Part shown: in pieces, positions 58,515 through 64,000 of the stretch
Layout: the number at the start of each line of letters is the position of its first letter
Position numbering within the stretch: position 1 is the first letter of the stretch
NCBI GenBank assembly: GCA_964506845.1
Contig: CAZDNS010000001.1
Span: forward strand, 5,618 to 69,617
Origin: an uncultured Planctomycetia bacterium
Lineage (GTDB): Bacteria > Omnitrophota > Gorgyraeia > VGKN01
Reading direction: 5' to 3'
Length of the DNA stretch: 64,000 bases
The notes under the pieces: model-generated
Seen by the model: only the letters and a program-made list of their open reading frames with translations
Told to the model about the DNA's origin: nothing
The model's database searches: none
Position numbers and translations under genes: made by a program

Positions 58515-58705
58515 GTCGCGCTTTCTAATGAAGCTCCGCGGGTTTATCCCGTGGTATCTTCAAATGCTTCGGCGAAATCCGCTGAAGCATACCCGCCTCA
58601 GCTTTAGCTACGGCGGGTTATCCGCTTCGCATTTCCAACAGAGGCGAGACGTCGCCGTAAGGCGGGCATCCGCGGCTTTACAGCTGCGGTCTTCTGCGTA
58701 GGCGG
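58515..58705. repeat. GC-rich cluster of ~7 consecutive hairpins between moaC and mogA
   Basis: CCGCGGGtttatcCCGTGG, GCTTCGGCGaaatccGCTGAAGC, CCCGCC..GGCGGG, GGCGAgacgTCGCC, GCGGgcatCCGC, CCGCGGCtttacaGCTGCGG, AGGCGG..CCGCCT. Recurring GCGGGTTATCCGC-like motif. Confidence 0.45.
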
Positions 58706-59172
58706 ATAAAATGCCCACTTTTACCGCCTGATTTTTCCAGCAACTTAACCCCTTTAACCGTAATAGATTTATCTAAGGCCTTACACATATCGTAAATAGT
58801 TAGGGCGCTTATTGCTACTGATACCATTGCCTCCATTTCAACCCCTGTTTTACCCTGGGATTTTATTTCAGAAGTAACTATTATCTCAGAGTTTTTTCTG
58901 TCTATCCTAAAATTTACAGCAATACTATTTAACGATATGGGATGACACAGGGGAATAATTTCTGAGGTCTTCTTTGCCGCCATTATGCCTGATAGCCTTG
59001 CACAGGAAAAGACATCGCCCTTTGGCGAACCGCTTTTTATTATTCTGGCTAAAATCGACTTTGTTAGAGAAACCCTGGCCTGGGCTATTGCTTTTCTGAC
59101 CGTTATTTTTTTTTGCGATATATCTACCATTTTGGGATAGCCTTTTTTATCTAAATGGGTTAGTCTATTCAT
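58678..59172 (-). CDS. moaC: cyclic pyranopterin monophosphate synthase accessory protein
   Basis: MoaC family N-terminus LTHLDKKGYPKMVDIS. C-terminal tail extends into the hairpin cluster. Confidence 0.85.
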   Translation of the reverse strand: MNRLTHLDKKGYPKMVDISQKKITVRKAIAQARVSLTKSILARIIKSGSPKGDVFSCARLSGIMAAKKTSEIIPLCHPISLNSIAVNFRIDRKNSEIIVTSEIKSQGKTGVEMEAMVSVAISALTIYDMCKALDKSITVKGVKLLEKSGGKSGHFIRLRRRPQL

Positions 59173-59181
59173 CTTTTTTTC

Positions 59182-59898
59182 TTATTCGTTCATTCTAAAC
59201 GAGATTATCACACTCAAGTTTAGAGTTTCTTTATTAAGCCCCTCGGGGAAAGACGGAAAAGGCGAGGCTTCGTTTATTCCCTCCAGAACAACTCTTTTCA
59301 GAAGAGGGTTGTCGGTTGACTCCTCGTCCAATATTGAAATATCTGCTAATTTACCATTTCTTAAAAGAGTAAAGTTTACATATATATCACCCTCTATCCT
59401 CTGCTTCGGATACCTGACAGAATCCTTTATTAACCCTCTGATGAGTTTATAATAATTTTGATATGCCTGATTTTCTTTTAAATCCTGCGTTTCTTTTTCA
59501 GCCTTAACCGTTTCTTCTTTTTTTGGGACATCCTCTTTCCTTATTCTTTCCTGAATCTTAATGTAATTATTATCCGCTTTTGGAATCTGGATTATTTTAT
59601 GGGAAGATATATCCTTTTTCTGCTGTATTTCTTGCGGTGGTGGATTCTGTTTAGGTAAAACCAATTGCTCGCTTAGCTTATTCTCTTTTGGTAAAACCGT
59701 TTCATTCTTAGGAATTGGCTGCTGTTTTAAAAAATCTGCGCTCGGGCTTGAAATCTCTACATAACTAATCTTAGGCTGTATGGTAAATAACCCTTTTGGA
59801 TAAATCCTCATATTGAAAAAGGGTAAAAAAAGAACACCGTGTATAGAAATCGAGATTACAAGCGAAACCTTAAAAGAATTGTCTGGCCGGTTAAACAT
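59182..59898 (-). CDS. TonB-family protein
   Basis: N-terminal TM, Pro/Gln/Lys-rich spacer, C-terminal TonB domain (GDIYVNFTLLRNGKLADISIL). Confidence 0.6.
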   Translation of the reverse strand: MFNRPDNSFKVSLVISISIHGVLFLPFFNMRIYPKGLFTIQPKISYVEISSPSADFLKQQPIPKNETVLPKENKLSEQLVLPKQNPPPQEIQQKKDISSHKIIQIPKADNNYIKIQERIRKEDVPKKEETVKAEKETQDLKENQAYQNYYKLIRGLIKDSVRYPKQRIEGDIYVNFTLLRNGKLADISILDEESTDNPLLKRVVLEGINEASPFPSFPEGLNKETLNLSVIISFRMNE

Positions 59899-59914
59899 AT
59901 TAAAATAATAAAGT

Positions 59915-60010
59915 TTCTACTATTATCTGAGGAGTCGGGGTGTTTTTTATATGTTTTTCCGACCTCTCATGAGCAGTCGACTTATAGAAAAACTCCCTAA
60001 CTGCTCATTA
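59915..60010. repeat. hairpin repeat pair homologous to 18062-18132
   Basis: GAGGAGTCGGGGTGTTTTTTATATG.. and ATGAGCAGTCGAC..ACTGCTCAT. Confidence 0.45.
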
Positions 60011-60034
60011 TTATCTTACCTTTTAAGGATTCTG

Positions 60035-61873
60035 TCAAAATCTTTTCTTTATCCCTGAGTAAAGCGAAAATGCCGCTGTAGCGTATCCCCTTACCTCCTC
60101 GTACTTTTTGTTCAGAAGATTTTCTATCGTGCAAAAAATATCAAGGTCGTCTGATAATTTATATGTAGCGGACAAGTCTACGCGCGCATACGGCTTCATC
60201 TTAAAGGTATTTGCCGTATTATCCCAGCGATGACCAAAATAATTTACGAGGAGTGTGGGCTTTAAATTTTTAATAAAATCCAGGTTTACATTAAGGCTTA
60301 ATTTATCCTTCGGCCTTCTTGCCAGCTCCTTGCCTGTAGAATTATCACGCGTATTCATCCTTGTGTATGAACAGTCTAAACTTAATTTTTCAAAAGGCCT
60401 AAAAGAGGTATTTAGCTCAACCCCTGCGGTCTTTGCCTTTCCTAGATTTTTATATCTGTTCGTATCAAAATCATAATCCACCATATTTTTAAACCTGTTA
60501 TTAAAATAGCCTGCTCCTAAAATAAGGTTCTTGGTAAAACCCTGTTCTATGGCAATATCATAATTTGTGCTTTCATCAGGAGACAAATTTGCATTACCAT
60601 AGGTAGGGTCATAGAGCTGGAAAAGGGAGGGCGCCTTAAAACCTGTTCCAAGGTTTGCCTTAAAGCGGGTATCTGTTTTTTGGATATGATAGGCTGAGGA
60701 TACCTTGTAGTTTGTATCCGAACCAAAGCTTGAGTGCTCATCAACCCTTATGCCCGGAGTAATAAATAATTTCTCCCATAACTTAAGCTGGTTCTGCAGG
60801 TAAAAGGCTTTATTGTTGATATGCCTCCTGTCCACATCTCTATGCGCTCCTCTTTCTTCCTCATATTCAAAGCCACCTGTTAAGGTATCTATTTCTGCGA
60901 TAAAAAGGTTGTGCTGCCAATCTATTTTTTTGTTATTTCCATAATACCAGTCATCATATGCGTCGGTTAAGTCTTTTGAATCAGGGTCATCCCTGTATCG
61001 TCTTTTAACATCAAGCCAGCTAAGGCCTAAGCTTTGCTCCCAAAAATCCTTAATTCTGTCGGTAAACTGGGTTTTAAGGGCAAGGGAATTGTTATTAACG
61101 GTATAATTCGGGTCATCATCATAGGCGGCATCGTCTATATCGGTATCGGAATTCGTATATCGCAAGATGAAATCCAGTTTTTTTTCTTCTGATATATTAA
61201 AACCCATGCGGCTTAAAAGCGTGGAATTTTCGTAACTGTCCTCTTCCTGTCCGTCTTTTGCCTTTGAGAATCCATCGGAATCAACCCTCGAAATAGAAAG
61301 CGAATGGTTTATCTTAGAGTTACCACCGCTTACCGAGAGATACTCCCTAAAGGTCTTGTAGGAACCTGCCTCGCTTGAAATTTCAAATTTAGTCTTGCCT
61401 GCCCCTTTCTTTGTTACTATATTAACCACGCCACCTATGGCATCTGAGCCATAAAGAGTAGATTGGGGCCCCCTTAAAATCTCTATCCTTTCTATGTTGT
61501 CAGGGGTTAAGTAGGCAAAATCAAAAGCCCTTCCTGCTGACATAGGGTCATTCATCTCTATGCCGTCTATCATAACCAGGGTATATTCGGGTTTAGCGCC
61601 CCTTAAAAAAACAGAGGTTTGGCCGCCCAAACCGCCTGTCTGAACAACGTTAAGCGAAGGAACGGTCCTTAATATATCCAAAACCGTGCTCTTAGCGCTT
61701 CTTTTTATATCCTCAACTCCTATTACGCTGACAGATGTGCCTAATCCTTCAATAGCCTCCTCTGTCCTGGTTGCACTCACCACAATCCTCTCAAGCCTCA
61801 CCTCTTCTGCTAAAACAATACCAGCCAAAAATAACACCATAGCCATAACATAAGTCTTTATCAAATACCGCAT
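60035..61873 (-). CDS. TonB-dependent outer-membrane receptor (BtuB-like, cobalamin-riboswitch controlled)
   Basis: Signal peptide, TonB box/plug (ERIVVSATRTEE), 22-strand barrel ending in terminal F. Start at ATG 61873 after GGAGGA. Confidence 0.8.
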   Translation of the reverse strand: MRYLIKTYVMAMVLFLAGIVLAEEVRLERIVVSATRTEEAIEGLGTSVSVIGVEDIKRSAKSTVLDILRTVPSLNVVQTGGLGGQTSVFLRGAKPEYTLVMIDGIEMNDPMSAGRAFDFAYLTPDNIERIEILRGPQSTLYGSDAIGGVVNIVTKKGAGKTKFEISSEAGSYKTFREYLSVSGGNSKINHSLSISRVDSDGFSKAKDGQEEDSYENSTLLSRMGFNISEEKKLDFILRYTNSDTDIDDAAYDDDPNYTVNNNSLALKTQFTDRIKDFWEQSLGLSWLDVKRRYRDDPDSKDLTDAYDDWYYGNNKKIDWQHNLFIAEIDTLTGGFEYEEERGAHRDVDRRHINNKAFYLQNQLKLWEKLFITPGIRVDEHSSFGSDTNYKVSSAYHIQKTDTRFKANLGTGFKAPSLFQLYDPTYGNANLSPDESTNYDIAIEQGFTKNLILGAGYFNNRFKNMVDYDFDTNRYKNLGKAKTAGVELNTSFRPFEKLSLDCSYTRMNTRDNSTGKELARRPKDKLSLNVNLDFIKNLKPTLLVNYFGHRWDNTANTFKMKPYARVDLSATYKLSDDLDIFCTIENLLNKKYEEVRGYATAAFSLYSGIKKRF

Positions 61874-61876
61874 TAT

Positions 61877-62041
61877 ACTATCCTCCTTTTTTGGAACCGC
61901 TGAAACGCCTGTCTGCCGACAGGCAGACAAAATTTGTAACCGCTAAAACGCAAAAGTTTCTTTGCGTCTTTGCGCCTACCTACCCTGACTACCGTTAGGC
62001 AGGCGGCGGGTAGGGATATTTTGCGCTTTTGCGGTTACCCC
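61877..62041 (-). promoter_or_regulatory. conserved upstream cassette, copy D, between the riboswitch and the receptor gene
   Basis: Aligns with copies A-C. Contains GTCTGCCTGTCGGCAGACAGG (61908-61929) and a CCTACCCGCCGCCTGCCTAACGGTAGTCAGGGTAGG insert. Confidence 0.6.
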
Positions 62042-62230
62042 TTTTTAATAAAAAACCCGACCTTCGTTGGCCGGGTGGTTTGTTAATATTTCCTTCCGTC
62101 GAAGGCATTCTCCTGAATGAGTAATGGACCAGACTCATCCCGAAAGTTCGGAATATTACTGTTGCGGGGCAGTGCCCGGAATTCCCTCTAAATTAGGTCA
62201 CCGGGACTTCCTTTACTCACTCGGTAAAAA
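62042..62230 (-). ncRNA. cobalamin (AdoCbl) riboswitch with intrinsic-terminator expression platform
   Basis: Minus strand: AAAGGAAGUCCCGGUGA, GGGAAUUCCGGGCACUGCCCCGCAACAGUAA, B12-box-like GAGUCUGGUCC. Terminator CCCGGCCaacgaaGGUCGGG then UUUUUU. Confidence 0.7.
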
Positions 62231-62273
62231 TTATATCTCTTAAAGAACTCTGTTAAATTAGCGAAACTTATAC

Positions 62274-62452
62274 TAAATGTCAACAGACATTTTAGGACAT
62301 TTTTTTATAATACGACTTATATGACGCTCGCTTAATTTAAACTTATTGGCTATCCTCTTTAACGGTATCCCTTTTTCTCTCAGCCTTATAATCTGGCGAT
62401 TACGCTCGCTTAAAAAATTTGAGAATACCGTTGCTGGTCTTCTTGCTTTCAA
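62274..62452 (-). CDS. possible small HTH DNA-binding protein (TTG start overlapping the cobO stop)
   Basis: About 59 aa, LSERNRQIIRLREKGIPLKRIANKFKLSERHISRII resembles a resolvase/sigma-region-4-type HTH. No ATG start. Confidence 0.25.
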
Positions 62453-62979
62453 AATTCAATGCCCCTTTTAGCCTTTATGCCCCTGTCAAATGGATGCTTA
62501 AGCTTTTTTATATAGCTTACTAAATCTGCCCTTTTGATTATACTAGAGGTCGCTTCCCTACCGGTTAAGATTAAATTTAAAAATGCAGGTTTAGCGTCTA
62601 ATAACATTAAAAGCTCCCTTTCCTTAATATACCCCTCCCTCAATGCGATATTAATCTCATCCAGAACCAGAAGGTCATAACCTTTCTTAAATATCCTATT
62701 TTCTATAAAATCCAGCGCCCTTTTGCATTCAGTCCTTAATTTTTCAGATGAAATTCTTTTATGGAAATGGGGGTGCTGTTTTGCAAAAGCGAAAACATCA
62801 ACGCCCAGTTTTTTTAGAATCTTTAATTCGCCATAACCCCATCTTTTATAATCTTTATGAAAAGAGATATAGCATATTTTTAAGTTATGCCCCAGCGCCC
62901 TTACAATCTGTCCAACTGCTGCAGTGGTTTTTCCTTTTCCGTCTCCTGTATAAAGATAGATTAATCCCTGTTTAGACAT
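62449..62979 (-). CDS. cobO: cob(I)yrinic acid a,c-diamide adenosyltransferase
   Basis: YTGDGKGKTTAAVG P-loop, 176 aa. Confidence 0.8.
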   Translation of the reverse strand: MSKQGLIYLYTGDGKGKTTAAVGQIVRALGHNLKICYISFHKDYKRWGYGELKILKKLGVDVFAFAKQHPHFHKRISSEKLRTECKRALDFIENRIFKKGYDLLVLDEINIALREGYIKERELLMLLDAKPAFLNLILTGREATSSIIKRADLVSYIKKLKHPFDRGIKAKRGIEF

Positions 62980-63778
62980 TTTTTGCCCCTTTTTTTATGG
63001 ATTTTGATACCAATAATACATAAGGTTTATTTGAAATCGGGTTTTTTTCCACAACCACCAGTGTGTTATAAACCTCCTCTATTATCCTGTAATCAATAAC
63101 CTCTGTAGGAGCACCTTGCTTCTTAATTCTACCCTTATCCAATAGAAGTAAATTTCTGCAGTATTCGCTTGCCAAGTTTAAATCATGCAGGATAACAACC
63201 ACAGTTAACCCATTTTTATTAAGACTGCTTAACAACTCCATAAATTCAACCTGATATCTTATGTCCAGGTGACTAACAGGTTCATCCAGAAGAATAAGCC
63301 TTGGCCCCTGGGCGAGTGCCTGGGCAAAAAGAACCCGCTGTCTTTCTCCTATGGAAAGTTGTTTAATCTTTCTGTATCGTATATCCCTTACCCCTGTTTC
63401 ATCCATTGCCTCACATATAACTTCTCGGTCAGACTTATCAAGCGTCATAAATCTATCAAGGTGGGGATATCTGCCCAGAGAAACAAACTCCTCAACCGTA
63501 AATGAAAACGGTATATCCAGAATCTGAGGCATCACGGCAATCTCCCTTGCCATCTCCCTTACCGATAAGCCTAAGATATTCTTCCCCCTGTAGGATATGG
63601 CTCCCTTTGCCGGTTTAATAACCTTGGTGAGTGCCCTGAAAAGGGTTGTCTTACCTGCTCCATTAGGACCTATTATTCCTAAAAATTCGCCCTTCTTAAT
63701 AATAAAAGAAATCTCTCTTATTATTTCCCTGTCTTCATAACCGCAGACAAGATTATCTACTTCCAGTAATCCTTCCAT
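62972..63778 (-). CDS. ABC transporter ATP-binding protein (iron-siderophore/B12 type)
   Basis: GPNGAGKTTL Walker A, LSIGERQRV signature, LLDEP Walker B. Confidence 0.8.
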   Translation of the reverse strand: MEGLLEVDNLVCGYEDREIIREISFIIKKGEFLGIIGPNGAGKTTLFRALTKVIKPAKGAISYRGKNILGLSVREMAREIAVMPQILDIPFSFTVEEFVSLGRYPHLDRFMTLDKSDREVICEAMDETGVRDIRYRKIKQLSIGERQRVLFAQALAQGPRLILLDEPVSHLDIRYQVEFMELLSSLNKNGLTVVVILHDLNLASEYCRNLLLLDKGRIKKQGAPTEVIDYRIIEEVYNTLVVVEKNPISNKPYVLLVSKSIKKGAKNV

Positions 63779-63794
63779 CTTCGTAATTCATTTG

Positions 63795-63965
63795 AGGGAT
63801 CGGGGTGTTTTCTATATGTCTCCCGAGCCCTCATCCTGAGGAGCGAAGCGACGAAGGATCTCATAGATCCTTCAGCCCTTCAGGCTTCCCCGGCCCGCTC
63901 CGCTTTGCCGGGGCGGGCAGGATGAGCCCCGAGACAAAAAATTCCCCGAGGGCTCATTCATTTAA
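63795..63965. repeat. GC-rich ~100-nt structured repeat, copy 2
   Basis: Near-identical to 48728-48830 (CTCATCCTGAGGAG..GAAGGATCTCATAGATCCTTC..GCCGGGGCGGGCAGGATGAG). Confidence 0.5.
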
Positions 63966-64000
63966 GTCTTAAAACACTATCCACTCTTTGCTCTTTAATA

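Noticed and set aside
58515-58705. DnaA-box / replication origin interpretation of recurring TTATCCGC-like motifs
   Set aside because: The region is GC-rich and hairpin-dense with no AT-rich unwinding element and no dnaA/dnaN nearby. The motif similarity to TTATCCACA is partial.
1-64000. CRISPR arrays, tRNA or rRNA genes
   Set aside because: No regularly spaced direct repeats with unique spacers, no tRNA-like T-arm/acceptor signatures and no rRNA-like conserved stretches were seen. The repeats present are palindromic or dispersed rather than arrayed.

Overview
Low-GC bacterial chromosomal window, probably from an uncultivated lineage. Genes are densely packed, mostly on the + strand to ~47 kb and on the - strand from ~47 to 64 kb. 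The first 30 kb is an amino-acid and cofactor biosynthesis supraoperon: leuCD-leuB, asd, truA, rplM-rpsI, argCJBDF, surA-bamA, argGH, lysA-dapF-dapA-dapB, dapL-like, folK, panCD, nadA-nadX. Next come uvrA, a TPR-exbB-exbD-tonB cluster, proteases, and a HEAT / membrane glycosyltransferase / PilZ module. On the minus strand there is a 4-gene operon encoding an archaemetzincin, a ParB-like protein, an SPL-like radical SAM enzyme and a DUF362-ferredoxin. Upstream of it lie an HD-GYP phosphodiesterase, aroB and moaC/mogA. The window ends with a cobalamin-riboswitch-controlled TonB-dependent receptor next to cobO and an ABC ATPase. The most unusual property is the load of small structured intergenic repeats. 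There is a ~150-nt modular upstream cassette (4 copies), a MITE-like inverted-repeat element (3 copies, one inside a CDS), a TTGACAT-N5-ATGTCAA palindrome cassette (3 copies), a nested 20-nt GC palindrome, GC-rich hairpin clusters, and an in-frame duplicated palindromic insertion in asd. No rRNA, tRNA or CRISPR array was detected.
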